This document shows, in pieces, positions 29,899 to 39,828 of a DNA stretch of 52,555 bases. Source of the DNA: Wenzhouxiangella sp. (GTDB lineage Bacteria; Pseudomonadota; Gammaproteobacteria; Xanthomonadales; Wenzhouxiangellaceae). Location: positions 1-52,555 of the forward strand of contig SLQY01000098.1 in assembly GCA_007131235.1 (NCBI GenBank), in the 5' to 3' direction. The notes under the pieces were generated by a model. The model was given only the letters and a program-made list of their open reading frames with translations. It did not search any database and was not told the origin of the DNA. How positions within the stretch are numbered: position 1 is the first letter of the stretch; each line of letters opens with the position of its first letter. The position numbers were made by a program, and so were the translations under genes.

Positions 29899-30108
29899 TC
29901 AGCCTTGCGCTTCGTCTTCTTCTTCGTCGAACTCGGGCGCTACCTCGATGACCTGACGGCCGCGGTAGAAGCCCTCGGGCGAGACGTGGTGACGACGATG
30001 TGTCTCACCGGTTGCTGCCTCTTCCGACAGGGCCGGGGCGGACAGGCTATCGTGCGAGCGGCGCATGCCTCGCTTCGACGGGGTTTTTCGGTTCTGTTGA
30101 ACAGCCAT
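29899..30108 (-). CDS. rpmF: 50S ribosomal protein L32
   Basis: [19 protein letters not shown]...[14 protein letters not shown]. Confidence 0.96.
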   Translation of the reverse strand: MAVQQNRKTPSKRGMRRSHDSLSAPALSEEAATGETHRRHHVSPEGFYRGRQVIEVAPEFDEEEDEAQG

Positions 30109-30132
30109 GATCAGTACTCCAGGACAATCAAA

Positions 30133-30639
30133 TTAAGTTTCGCGTTTCTTTCTCAACTCGGCCAGCACTTCGAATGGCCGCTGGGTTTCTTCTTCCTCTG
30201 CCACTGCCTGACCGACCGGACTGGAAGCCGGATCGATCGGCACCAGGGGCAGACTGAGCAGCACTTCCTCCTCGACCAGGCTGGCCAATTCCAGCCGCTG
30301 ATCGGGACAGAGCACGGGCTCGTAGTCGTCGGGCAGCGCATCCGCATCATCCTCGCTGGCAACCACCCCGACCACAGATCGGCTATCGAGCGGCTGTTCA
30401 AAGATCGCCAGGGTTCTCTGGCAGCGCATTTGCACCCGACCCGAAATCTCGACATCGACCTTGACCTGGCCGAGCTCGTTGCGCGAGAAAGCCAGAACAA
30501 ACCGTATTTCGTCGTCGCCATCGCCAACCACCAGGTCGGCGACACGCGGCAAGCGGGCCAGCGGCATGGTTCCAGCAAAATCCCGGCGCGCCGAAGCGGC
30601 TCTTTCCGGGTTCACCCAATCGGGAAAGTCTCGCGACAT
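30133..30639 (-). CDS. yceD: YceD/DUF177 23S rRNA accumulation protein
   Basis: CQR, EEEVLLSLP and C-terminal PFEVLAEL; lies directly upstream of rpmF. Confidence 0.88.
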   Translation of the reverse strand: MSRDFPDWVNPERAASARRDFAGTMPLARLPRVADLVVGDGDDEIRFVLAFSRNELGQVKVDVEISGRVQMRCQRTLAIFEQPLDSRSVVGVVASEDDADALPDDYEPVLCPDQRLELASLVEEEVLLSLPLVPIDPASSPVGQAVAEEEETQRPFEVLAELRKKRET

Positions 30640-30648
30640 AAGCCGGCC

Positions 30649-30657
30649 ATTATATCA
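30649..30657 (-). promoter_or_regulatory. Extended -10 promoter of the yceD-rpmF-plsX-fab operon
   Basis: Minus strand TGaTATAAT, ending 9 nt before the yceD ATG. Confidence 0.6.
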
Positions 30658-30722
30658 TTGGCTTTTGTTAATCCACAATGTCCCGGACAAGCTTTAATTC
30701 GGGACCCAATCCTGGAGCCTCA

Positions 30723-31304
30723 ATGCCGAATCTGATTCTTGCTTCCGGGTCCATTTATCGACGCCAGATGTTGGCGCGACTGGGCCTGGACTTTGACGTC
30801 ATGGCCGCCGACATCGACGAGTCTGCCCAGGCAGGTGAAGACGGAGAAAGCCTGGCGCGACGGCTGAGCCTGGAAAAGGCCCTTGCCGTAGCCGCCAGGC
30901 AGCCCGGGGCCGTGGTGATCGGCGCCGACCAGGTCGCCGAATGCCAGGGCCGTCTGCTCGGAAAGCCCGGCACGGTCGAAACTGCCTGCACGCAGCTCGC
31001 CTTCGTCAGTGGCCAGACCGTGGTTTTTCACAGCGCCATGGCCATGGTCCAAGGAGATCGCCACCTGGTGACCGTCGTACCAACCACCTTGCGCATGCGC
31101 CAGCTGAGCGCACAGCGAATCAGAGCATACGTCGAACGGGACCGACCGCTGGATTGTGCCGGTGCCATGCGCAGCGAGTCGCTGGGCGTGGCGCTGGTCA
31201 ATGCCATGGAAAGCGAGGATGCCACGGCGTTGATCGGCCTGCCCCTGATCCGCTGCGTCCAGATGCTGGAATCGTTCGGAATCGACTGCCTGGAAGCGCG
31301 GTGA
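30723..31304 (+). CDS. Maf-family nucleoside triphosphate pyrophosphatase (YceF type)
   Basis: LILASGS.YR, IDES, IGADQV, GKPG, PLDCAGA, IGLP; divergent from yceD. ATG 30723 follows GGAG. Confidence 0.9.
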   Translation: MPNLILASGSIYRRQMLARLGLDFDVMAADIDESAQAGEDGESLARRLSLEKALAVAARQPGAVVIGADQVAECQGRLLGKPGTVETACTQLAFVSGQTVVFHSAMAMVQGDRHLVTVVPTTLRMRQLSAQRIRAYVERDRPLDCAGAMRSESLGVALVNAMESEDATALIGLPLIRCVQMLESFGIDCLEAR

Positions 31305-31389
31305 TGGTAAACTGGCAGCAACGTGTTGAGTGAATTTTTTTGAAAGACACTTACCAATCACCATACGCACCTGAATGGAGTGAACCTGC

Positions 31390-33390
31390 ATGGCATCGGA
31401 AACTGCCGCAACAAACGGCTGGAAGCACTGGCGCCTGGAATCCGATATCGACAACATCGCCTGGCTGTACATAGACAGGAGCGATGAGAAGGTCAACAGT
31501 CTGGGCACGGAGGTCCTATCCGAGCTCGAACAGATTCTGGGTCGACTGGAAAGCGAGAAACCGACCGGACTGGTCCTGATGTCAGGCAAGGCACGCAGTT
31601 TCATCGTCGGTGCCGATGTACGCGAGTTCGACGCCACCGACAAGGTGTCGGAACTTGAAGAAAACGTCCGCAAGGTGCACGGGCTCTTTCAACGTGTCGA
31701 AGACCTGCCCTTCCCCACCGTGGTTGCCTTTGAGGGCTATTGCCTGGGCGGCGGCCTGGAATTGTCGCTGTGCTTCGACTGGCGCATCGCGCTGGATGCC
31801 GATCACACCCGAATCGGCTTCCCTGAAGTCAACCTCGGCATCTATCCAGGCTTTGGCGGCTCCGGTCGTTCGATAACGGCCATGGGCGGGCTCAACGCCA
31901 TGCAGATCATGCTGACCGGGAAGATGCTGAGAGCGCGCCCGGCCCGGGCCATGGGCCTGATCAACCAGACCGTCGATCAGCATGGTTCCCTGCGCTGGGC
32001 GGCCCGCAGCGCGGTGCTGAAGAAAAAGCGCGCGCCGAAGCCGCCGCTGAAGGCGCGCCTGACCACGCTGGGGCCGGTACGCAAGTTCCTGGCCGGTCAA
32101 ATGCGCAAGCAGGTGGCCGGCAAGGCGCGGCCGGAGCACTACCCCGCGCCTTATGAACTGATCGATGCCTTCGAGGCCAGCGGCAACTCTCAAGCGGCCA
32201 TGATCCGAACCGAGGGTGACAAGGTTCCTCGACTACTGGCCGGTGATACCTCGCGCAACCTGCGCCGGGTTTTCCGCCTGATGGAGGAGCTCAAGGCCCA
32301 GGGCAAGCGCAGCGATTTCAAGGCGCGTCGGGTCCATGTCATCGGTGCCGGTGTAATGGGTGGCGACATTGCTGCCTGGTGTGCGGTGCGCGGCCTGGAG
32401 GTCACGCTGCAAGACCGCGAGATGAAATTCATCGAGCCGGCCCTGAAACGGGCCAAGCGCCTGTTCAAGCGCCGCCTGAAGAAACCCGAGGCCGTGGCCG
32501 CCGCCGAAACCCGGCTGGTCGCCGATCTCGACGGCACCGGCGTCAAGCGCGCCGATGTGATCATCGAGGCCATTTACGAAAACCGGGATGCCAAGCGCGA
32601 GCTGTTCGAAAAACTGGTACCCGACCTTCAACCGCATACCCTGGTGGCCACCAATACCTCGGCCATTCCACTGGCCGAACTGTCTGATGTCTTTGAAGAC
32701 CCGAGCCGCCTGATCGGCCTGCATTTCTTCAACCCGGTGGCGCAGATGCCGCTGGTTGAAATCGTCTACGACCAGAAATCCGATCCTGACCGGGTCAACG
32801 ATGGTTCCAGCTTTGCGACCCAGATCGGGAAATATGCCTTGCCGGTAACCTCAACGCCCGGGTTCCTGGTCAACCGCGTGCTGGCCCCCTACATGCGAAA
32901 CGCCATGGCCCTGCATCGCGAAGGAACCCCGCGCGAAGCCATCGACAAGGCGGCAGAGCAGTTCGGCATGCCGATGGGGCCGGTCGAACTGGCCGATACC
33001 GTGGGCCTCGACGTCGGTCTGGGCGTGATCGAAACGCTGATGGGCGAAGCCGCGGGCGAGGACAAGAAAGTGCTGGAGGAGATGGTCAAGGCCGGCAAGA
33101 AAGGCAAGAAGACCGGAGAGGGCTTTTATCGCTGGAAAAAGGGCAAACCCGTCCGCGATGCCAAAGCGCATGAAGGACACGACCTGGACGCGCTCGCGAC
33201 CAGGCTCATGCAGCCTTACTTCGATGAGTGCAAGGCGTGCCTGGCCGACGACGTGGTCGAGAGCGCCGACCTGCTCGATGCCGGCATGATCTTCGGCACC
33301 GGTTTCGCCCCGTTCCGCGGCGGCCCCCTGCACTACCTGGAATCCCGCGGCGGCGACAAGGCCGCGGCTGACAACGAGGAGTCTTCCTGA
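31390..33390 (+). CDS. Fatty-acid oxidation complex alpha subunit (enoyl-CoA hydratase / 3-hydroxyacyl-CoA dehydrogenase), FadJ/FadB-like
   Basis: FIVGADV, CLGGGLEL, FPEVNLG; GAGVMGG, ATNTS, GLHFFNP, PGFLVNR. Confidence 0.92.
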   Translation: MASETAATNGWKHWRLESDIDNIAWLYIDRSDEKVNSLGTEVLSELEQILGRLESEKPTGLVLMSGKARSFIVGADVREFDATDKVSELEENVRKVHGLFQRVEDLPFPTVVAFEGYCLGGGLELSLCFDWRIALDADHTRIGFPEVNLGIYPGFGGSGRSITAMGGLNAMQIMLTGKMLRARPARAMGLINQTVDQHGSLRWAARSAVLKKKRAPKPPLKARLTTLGPVRKFLAGQMRKQVAGKARPEHYPAPYELIDAFEASGNSQAAMIRTEGDKVPRLLAGDTSRNLRRVFRLMEELKAQGKRSDFKARRVHVIGAGVMGGDIAAWCAVRGLEVTLQDREMKFIEPALKRAKRLFKRRLKKPEAVAAAETRLVADLDGTGVKRADVIIEAIYENRDAKRELFEKLVPDLQPHTLVATNTSAIPLAELSDVFEDPSRLIGLHFFNPVAQMPLVEIVYDQKSDPDRVNDGSSFATQIGKYALPVTSTPGFLVNRVLAPYMRNAMALHREGTPREAIDKAAEQFGMPMGPVELADTVGLDVGLGVIETLMGEAAGEDKKVLEEMVKAGKKGKKTGEGFYRWKKGKPVRDAKAHEGHDLDALATRLMQPYFDECKACLADDVVESADLLDAGMIFGTGFAPFRGGPLHYLESRGGDKAAADNEESS

Positions 33391-34670
33391 TGTCCGAGAA
33401 CACCCTGCGCAAGATCGCCATCATCGGCGGCAGCCGCATTCCGTTCTGTCGATCCAACTCGCTCTACGCCGATCAGACCAACCTTGACATGCTGGCCGCT
33501 GCCATTCAGGGCGTGGTCGATCGCTACGACCTCGCCGGCAAGCAGATTGACCAGGTCATGGCCGGCGCGGTGACAACCCATTCCAAGGACTGGAACCTGG
33601 CACGCGAGGCTGTACTCTCGACCAGCCTGTCACCGCTGACCTCGGCGATCACCATGCAGCAGGCCTGCGGCACCAGCCTGCAGGCAGCGTTGCTGGCCGG
33701 TGGCCAGATTGCCAGCGGCCAGATCGAATGCGCCATTGTTGGTGGCTCCGACACGACCAGCGATGCGCCGGTTGTTTTCCAGCGTCGTTTCGCCCAACGC
33801 CTGATCAAGCTGTCACGGGCGCGGTCGTTTGGTCAAAAGCTTGCCACGTTCAAGGGCTTTTCGTTTGGCGAGCTGGCCCCTCAGCCACCACGCAACGCTG
33901 AGCCACGTACCGGCCTGTCCATGGGGCAGCACTGCGAGCGCATGGCCCGGGAGTGGGAAATCGGCCGGGCCGAGCAGGACGAGCTGGCCCTGGAAAGCCA
34001 TCAGAAAGCGGCTTCAGCCTGGGAATCCGGATTTTTCGATGACCTGGTCATTCAACACAGCGGAGTGATTCGCGACAACAACGTGCGCGGCGACAGTTCG
34101 ATGGAAAAGCTGGCCAGCCTGAAACCAGCCTTCGACCGCAAGAACGGCACCCTGAGCGCGGGCAACTCCTCCAGCCTCACCGATGGCGCTGCCGCGGTGC
34201 TATTGGCCTCCGAAGAATGGGCCAAGAAAAACGACCTGCCGGTCACGGCCTGGCTGACCTTTGGCCGCACCGCTTCTGTGGATTACGTCAACCAGGATGA
34301 AGGGCTGCTGATGGCCCCGGCCGTGGCCGTGGCCGAAATGCTGACCCGGGCCAATCTCAAACTGCAGGACTTCGACTTCTACGAGATTCACGAAGCCTTT
34401 GCCGCCCAGGTCCTGTGCACGCTCAAAGCCTGGGAGTCGGAGCGTTTCTGTCGGGAACGACTGGGGCTGGACGGTGCCCTGGGCAGCATCGACCGGACCA
34501 GGATGAATGTACGTGGTGGCTCAGTCGCAATCGGCCATCCATTTGCCGCCACCGGCGCTCGCATCCTGTCAACCCTTGCTGCCATTCTCGAAGAAGCCGG
34601 CTCCGGCCGCGGCCTGATCTCGATCTGCACCGCCGGCGGCATGGGAGTCTCCGCCATCGTCGAACGTTGA
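33390..34670 (+). CDS. 3-ketoacyl-CoA thiolase, FadI-like
   Basis: QACGT catalytic Cys, TDGAA, HEAF, GHPFAATG, SICTAGG; start overlaps the upstream stop. Confidence 0.92.
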   Translation: MSENTLRKIAIIGGSRIPFCRSNSLYADQTNLDMLAAAIQGVVDRYDLAGKQIDQVMAGAVTTHSKDWNLAREAVLSTSLSPLTSAITMQQACGTSLQAALLAGGQIASGQIECAIVGGSDTTSDAPVVFQRRFAQRLIKLSRARSFGQKLATFKGFSFGELAPQPPRNAEPRTGLSMGQHCERMAREWEIGRAEQDELALESHQKAASAWESGFFDDLVIQHSGVIRDNNVRGDSSMEKLASLKPAFDRKNGTLSAGNSSSLTDGAAAVLLASEEWAKKNDLPVTAWLTFGRTASVDYVNQDEGLLMAPAVAVAEMLTRANLKLQDFDFYEIHEAFAAQVLCTLKAWESERFCRERLGLDGALGSIDRTRMNVRGGSVAIGHPFAATGARILSTLAAILEEAGSGRGLISICTAGGMGVSAIVER

Positions 34671-34685
34671 GATCTATGCGAACGA

Positions 34686-35957
34686 CTACATCCGACCCGG
34701 GAGCCACAGACTTAAAGCCGGCCACCAGGTGATGATCAGCAGGGCGGCCAGCAGCAGGCCCAGGAACGGCAGGGTCGCCCGGTAAACCTTGAGGATGTCA
34801 TCGCCGAAGCGGTGGCTGGCCAGGAACAGGTTGATACCGACCGGCGGCGTGCAGTAGCCAATCTGCAGATTGGCCAGGAAAATGATACCCAGGTGGACCG
34901 GGTCGACGCCGAAGGCCAGGGCCACCGGAATGATCAGCGGGGCAAGGATGACCAGGGCGGCGAAGATGTCGAGCAGCATGCCGGCGATAAGCAAGACCAC
35001 GTTGACCAGGAGCAGAAAGACCAGGCGGCTGTCGATATGGGGCGCGACCGCTTCGAACAGCCGCTGCGGCACCTGGGCGTCGATCATCACGTTGGTCGAT
35101 GCCAGCGACATGCCCAGAATGATCAGGATCGCACCGACCAGCATCATCGCCTCGGTAATGATGGCCGGCAGGCGGGCCAGGGAAATCTCGCGCCGGATCA
35201 GCAGCAATGAAATCAACACCCAGGCCGCGGTGACCACCGCGGCCTCGATAACCAGCAGCCAGCCTCCGTAAATACCTCCCAGCACCACGAATGGCAACGG
35301 CAGCTCCCAGGCGATGGCGCGCACGGATTTGCCAAGCGCCGGCACGGGACGCGGATCGGGCGGCAGATCGCGCTGCACCCACATCGCATAGCCGGCCAGC
35401 ACCAGCAGCATCAGGATGCCAGGCAGCACGCCGGCCAGAAACAGGTCATCGACCCCGATACCCTGCCCCGGTGCCACCTGCTGGGCGACCACGGCATACA
35501 GGATCAACGGCAGGGACGGGGCAAACAGCACGCCCATGCTCGAACCGGTCGTGACCAGCCCCAGGGCAAAGCGACGCTGGTAACCGGCTGCCAGCAGCGC
35601 CGGTAACATCAGGCTGCCCAGGGCGACCACGGTGATGCCCGAGGCGCCGGTAAACGCCGTCATCAGGGCGAACATCAACAAGCCCAGGATGGCAAGCCCA
35701 CCGGGGAGCCAACCCAGCGCAGCCCGGGTCAGGTCAACCAGGCGTGCCGGGGTGGCACTATGAGCAACCAGCACGCCGGCAAAGGTAAACAGCGGCAGGG
35801 CGATTAGTACCGGCAATTCGCCGATGCGCTGAAATTCCATGGCCACCAGGGCCAGATCAAGCTCAGCCTGATGAAAACCCGCCATCGCACCCAGGGCGAT
35901 AACCGCAAACAGCGGCATGCCCACCAGGGCCAGCAACACCAGGACAACGATGATCAC
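34686..35957 (-). CDS. TRAP transporter large permease (DctM-like)
   Basis: Very hydrophobic; LIALPLF, TGASG, LFAPSLP, DPVHLG, TPPVGINLF. GTG 35957 overlaps the upstream stop. Confidence 0.9.
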   Translation of the reverse strand: MIIVVLVLLALVGMPLFAVIALGAMAGFHQAELDLALVAMEFQRIGELPVLIALPLFTFAGVLVAHSATPARLVDLTRAALGWLPGGLAILGLLMFALMTAFTGASGITVVALGSLMLPALLAAGYQRRFALGLVTTGSSMGVLFAPSLPLILYAVVAQQVAPGQGIGVDDLFLAGVLPGILMLLVLAGYAMWVQRDLPPDPRPVPALGKSVRAIAWELPLPFVVLGGIYGGWLLVIEAAVVTAAWVLISLLLIRREISLARLPAIITEAMMLVGAILIILGMSLASTNVMIDAQVPQRLFEAVAPHIDSRLVFLLLVNVVLLIAGMLLDIFAALVILAPLIIPVALAFGVDPVHLGIIFLANLQIGYCTPPVGINLFLASHRFGDDILKVYRATLPFLGLLLAALLIITWWPALSLWLPGRM

Positions 35958-36517
35958 CGCGGCTCGATCCGTGCTTGGTTCGCCGTATCCGTTGCCGCGG
36001 TATCCGATTCCTCGGCACCGGCATACACCATCTCGGCTGGCGGTGGACGGATAAACACACCGAACAGGAACCTCACCGCCATCATGGCAAAGCCAAGCGG
36101 CACGATGGCCTGCACCATCCAGGTCTTGACCGCGAGAAAGGCGGTGGTCTGAAATTCGAACTCCAGCGACAGCATGCGCAGACTGAGCCAACTCATGACC
36201 ATGCATATCAAGGCTGTGAGAAACATCAGCAGGCCATGAACCGGCCTGGCCAGGCCTGGCGGCAAAAGGTGGGAGAGCAGATCGATTCGAATATGCTTGA
36301 ACCGACCCGCGGCCACGATGCCGGCGACCATGGCCAGCCACAGCACGATGGCGCGCATGGCGCCGTCGGCCCATGGCAGGGCCATGCCGAATGCATTGCG
36401 CATCAGGATCTGGGCCAGACCCAGTCCGACCAGTGACAACAGCAGCACGGTCAGAACAATCGACTCCAGGCCCTCGAGCTGGCGATTGGCCTCCCTGAGT
36501 GCTGCCTCAAGGCGCAC
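35954..36517 (-). CDS. TRAP transporter small permease (DctQ-like)
   Basis: Four hydrophobic segments with QILMRN, PWAD, LW and HIRIDLL. Likely start GTG 36517. Confidence 0.88.
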   Translation of the reverse strand: MRLEAALREANRQLEGLESIVLTVLLLSLVGLGLAQILMRNAFGMALPWADGAMRAIVLWLAMVAGIVAAGRFKHIRIDLLSHLLPPGLARPVHGLLMFLTALICMVMSWLSLRMLSLEFEFQTTAFLAVKTWMVQAIVPLGFAMMAVRFLFGVFIRPPPAEMVYAGAEESDTAATDTANQARIEPR

Positions 36518-37502
36518 GATGAGCCTCGAGTCGTTCGAGCATGAGGTCCAGGTGTGGCACTTCGATCTGATCGCCTTCAATCATGCGATCACGCGTTTGT
36601 TCCGCGATCTCACGCCAGGTGCGGGCATGGCCGGGATCCGGTGCGGCAATCGTGATGCCCTGCTCGACCAGCGCCTGGCGGGCCGAGTCGTTGTCGCGCC
36701 GGTTGACTGCCTCCAGCCTGACCAGGGCCTGCCGGAATTCGGCCAGCACTAACTCCTGGTCCGGCGCTGCAAGCCGACCGAAAGCGCGCCGGTCCAGTCC
36801 TATGGTGCCGGCTGTCATCAGGATCGGCAAGTCCAGCATATGACGAGCACGGGTGTGCCATTGCAGAATGATGGCGCCAGACGGCGTACTGGCAAAAGTG
36901 TTGACGGTCCCGGTTTGCAGCGCGGTGTAAACATCGGCCAGCGCCAGGGGTACCGGACTGACCCCGGCCTGCTCCAGGGTGCGACGTGACAACGCGTCAC
37001 CGGCAGGTACCCAGACCCGCCAACTGGTCGACAGCGCTTCTGGTGCCGGAAAAGGATCACGCGCGAACAGGTAGGCAAAGCCCCCCAGGCTGAGGCCCGG
37101 TACGATCAGGCCCTGCTCTTCCAGTGCCGCCATGATCAGCGGGTCGAATTGCTCGCGCACGGCCAGCACCTCGGCCTCATCCCGGAACGTGAACGGCAGA
37201 CTGTACAGGTTGACCGCCGGTGAAACGCCGGCCAGATCGCCCAGCGTGAAAGCCCCGCCCTGGAGCTGGCCCAGGCGCATTCTGCGCAGTACCGCGCTGG
37301 CATCGCCCATGACGCCCCCCGGGTAGAAGCGTATCCGGACCCGGCGCTCCGTGCCAGCCTGGATACGCTGATCGGCATCGCGCAGCTCGTTCATCCAGCT
37401 CGATCCATCCGGCGCAAGCGTGGCGATCTTGAGTTCCTGCGCGGCCAGGGGCGCGGAAAGCAGCCAGGTCAGGGCCACCAGCCCGATGACATGTTTTTTC
37501 AT
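36507..37502 (-). CDS. TRAP substrate-binding protein (DctP, TatP-type)
   Basis: Signal peptide followed by KIATLAPDGSSW, FYPGGVMGD, LRRMRLGQL, VYTALQTG, LQW. Confidence 0.88.
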   Translation of the reverse strand: MKKHVIGLVALTWLLSAPLAAQELKIATLAPDGSSWMNELRDADQRIQAGTERRVRIRFYPGGVMGDASAVLRRMRLGQLQGGAFTLGDLAGVSPAVNLYSLPFTFRDEAEVLAVREQFDPLIMAALEEQGLIVPGLSLGGFAYLFARDPFPAPEALSTSWRVWVPAGDALSRRTLEQAGVSPVPLALADVYTALQTGTVNTFASTPSGAIILQWHTRARHMLDLPILMTAGTIGLDRRAFGRLAAPDQELVLAEFRQALVRLEAVNRRDNDSARQALVEQGITIAAPDPGHARTWREIAEQTRDRMIEGDQIEVPHLDLMLERLEAHRAP

Positions 37503-38377
37503 TAGTCGAACAGCTCCTCGGTTTGCTCAAGCAGAATCAGCGCGCGACTTCGTGCAACCTGGTTGACCAAGCGATAGTCGGGGTGGTCGTTGTCGGACTG
37601 CAAGACGGTCTCGAGCAATTCGACATAGAGGTCACGATCAAACAGCAAGCGGGCATAGGAGTCGGCCATCATGACATTGACCAGCTGATTGCGACCCTGG
37701 GATGAGGCCCGCGCCCGCTCAAAATAGTCCCTGGCCTTGCGCGGTTGGCCGCCGGCTGCTGGCGGGCGCTGCGAATTGAGCACCGCCAGGTACAGGTACA
37801 CCGCGCCATCGTCGTAGCCGGGTTCGGTTGCGGCCACCCAGGTCAACAAGGACTCGACCCGCGGCAAGTCGGCGAGGGCGCGGAAATCCTGGGCATGGGC
37901 TGCAATCCATGTCGTCCAGCTGGTTGCCAGGACGTAGACCGCTTCAACCTGGCCTGGGCCCAGGGTGTCGATGCGATCTTCCAGGGCTTCGAAATCCAGC
38001 CTGTCAAGTTCGCACAGCGACCGGGAGTGCTGGCAGGCCCCGATCCGGGCATGGTCCAGGGCCCGTCGGGTCAGGCGTTGCTCGCGCTCCTGTGCGTTCT
38101 GATCGGCAAACAGGGTGGCGTATGTGCCGGTCAGGCGAGCCGTGGTCAGGCGCAGGCCCACATCATTCGGCCGCGACTGCAGGCGCGCTTCCATCAGCAG
38201 CAGAAAGGCCGGCAGACCGGCCGAAACCACGTTCGGCTCATCGTAGGCCCGGATGGCCGCCTCGAGATCATCGGCGAAGTTGTTCGCAGCCCGATCAAGC
38301 AGGCTGGCGCAGCCGGTCAAAGCGACCAGAACGGTGACAACCAGCGTGGCAAGCGCCACCCTGCCCAGCTGCTTCAT
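37502..38377 (-). CDS. TRAP transporter T-component (TatT) lipoprotein
   Basis: Lipobox LTGC, helical/TPR-like sequence, RPPAAGG..KAR.YFERA; directly upstream of dctP. ATG 38377. Confidence 0.78.
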   Translation of the reverse strand: MKQLGRVALATLVVTVLVALTGCASLLDRAANNFADDLEAAIRAYDEPNVVSAGLPAFLLLMEARLQSRPNDVGLRLTTARLTGTYATLFADQNAQEREQRLTRRALDHARIGACQHSRSLCELDRLDFEALEDRIDTLGPGQVEAVYVLATSWTTWIAAHAQDFRALADLPRVESLLTWVAATEPGYDDGAVYLYLAVLNSQRPPAAGGQPRKARDYFERARASSQGRNQLVNVMMADSYARLLFDRDLYVELLETVLQSDNDHPDYRLVNQVARSRALILLEQTEELFD

Positions 38378-39243
38378 GGCGCCTTGACCACGAGCCCGGC
38401 TGCCTCGGCCGTGTTCTGCATCAGGGTGGCGACGGTCATCGGCCCCACGCCGCCCGGCACCGGCGTAATCCATGAGGCCCGCTCGGCCACTGCGTCGAAG
38501 TCCAGGTCCCCCCGCAGGCGGCCATCGGGGAGGCGGGTAATGCCAATATCGATGGCGATGGTGCCGGGTTGAATCCAGCTCGGGTCGACCAGGCCCGGCT
38601 TGCCGACGGCAACGCAAACCAGGTCGGCGGCGCGGACGTGGCGCTCCAGGTCACGGGTAAAGCGATGCGCGACGTTGACCGTTGCCCCTGCCAGCAACAA
38701 CTCCAGGGCCAGCGGCCGGCCAACGATGTTGGAGGCCCCGACGACCAATGCATTTCTGCCCTTGGCGTCGACCTGATGCGCAGCCAGTAGCGTCATGACC
38801 CCCCTGGGCGTGCACGGACGCAGGCCAGGGTCACGCAGTACCAGACGTCCCATGTTGACCGGGTGAAAACCATCGACATCCTTGGCCGGGTGAATACGCT
38901 CGGTGATCAAGCGCTCGTCGAGATGGCGTGGCAGCGGCAGCTGAACCAGGATGCCGTGTATGTCCGGAGCGGCATTGAGCTCATCGATCAAGGCAAGCAA
39001 TTCACTGCGGCCGGTGCCGTGGGCCAGGCGATGGCTGAACGAAGCGATGCCAGCCCGCTCGCAGGCGCGCACCTTGTTGCCGACATAAACCTCGGAGGCC
39101 GGGTCATCGCCAACCAGCACGACGGCCAGCCCGGGCCGCTGACCGCCACGAGACAGATGGGCCTTGACCGCATCGGCAACGTTGGCCTTGAGCCTTTCGG
39201 CCACCGCCTTGCCGTCCAGGATGTTTGCTTTTGGGATGCTCAC
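38374..39243 (-). CDS. folD: Methylenetetrahydrofolate dehydrogenase/cyclohydrolase
   Basis: [38 protein letters not shown]. Confidence 0.96.
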   Translation of the reverse strand: MSIPKANILDGKAVAERLKANVADAVKAHLSRGGQRPGLAVVLVGDDPASEVYVGNKVRACERAGIASFSHRLAHGTGRSELLALIDELNAAPDIHGILVQLPLPRHLDERLITERIHPAKDVDGFHPVNMGRLVLRDPGLRPCTPRGVMTLLAAHQVDAKGRNALVVGASNIVGRPLALELLLAGATVNVAHRFTRDLERHVRAADLVCVAVGKPGLVDPSWIQPGTIAIDIGITRLPDGRLRGDLDFDAVAERASWITPVPGGVGPMTVATLMQNTAEAAGLVVKAP

Positions 39244-39308
39244 AGGGGCGACATTGTACCGGGAAGCGGTTACGATTGAGACATGTTACAAGCCTGAGGA
39301 TTGCAACC

Positions 39309-39797
39309 GTGAACGTCTTCAACTACAACTTCGCCGGACTCAATGGTGGTGCGGTTTCCCTGGAACGCTACCGCAGCCAGCCCATCCTGCTGGTCAACAC
39401 CGCCTCGGAGTGCGGATTCACACCACACTATGCCAAGCTGCAACAGCTTTTCGTTGACTACGGGCAATCCGGCCTGGTCGTGATCGGCGTACCTTGCAAC
39501 GACTTCGGCGAGCAGGAGCCAGGCAGCGAGGAAGAAATCGCTGAGTTCGTCAGAAGCGAGTACAACATCACCTTCCCGATGACCGGGAAATACTCGGTGA
39601 TGGGCATCAACGCCCACCCCCTGTTCAAGGACCTGGCCCAGGAGCATGGCGGCTCCGTGCTGCCGCGCTGGAACTTCCACAAGTACTTGTTCAACCGCAA
39701 GGGAGCGCTGGTCGAGCACTGGCCGGCGCAGACGCCGCCGGACGATCCGGCCGTCATCCACCAGATCACGCGCAACTTGCAGTCCTGGTCACTCTGA
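39309..39797 (+). CDS. Cys-type glutathione peroxidase family protein
   Basis: VNTASECGFT, PCNDFGEQEP, WNFHKYL. GTG 39309 follows GAGGA. Confidence 0.9.
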   Translation: MNVFNYNFAGLNGGAVSLERYRSQPILLVNTASECGFTPHYAKLQQLFVDYGQSGLVVIGVPCNDFGEQEPGSEEEIAEFVRSEYNITFPMTGKYSVMGINAHPLFKDLAQEHGGSVLPRWNFHKYLFNRKGALVEHWPAQTPPDDPAVIHQITRNLQSWSL

Positions 39798-39828
39798 GCG
39801 GCGCGGCCCGGTAAGCCGTTACCGGGTC

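Noticed and set aside
31360-31378. Shared ACCATAC upstream of the fadJ-like gene and fadD (15134-15140) as a PsrA-like operator
   Set aside because: Only 7 nt are shared and the second half-sites and spacing disagree; too weak to call.
34686-36374. Apparent 562-aa DctM with N-terminal extension (possible DctQM fusion or frameshift)
   Set aside because: The extension overlaps dctQ in another frame; a GTG at 35957 overlapping the dctQ stop gives a normal-size DctM.
39309-39797. Selenocysteine glutathione peroxidase
   Set aside because: The active-site codon is TGC (Cys), with no in-frame TGA.
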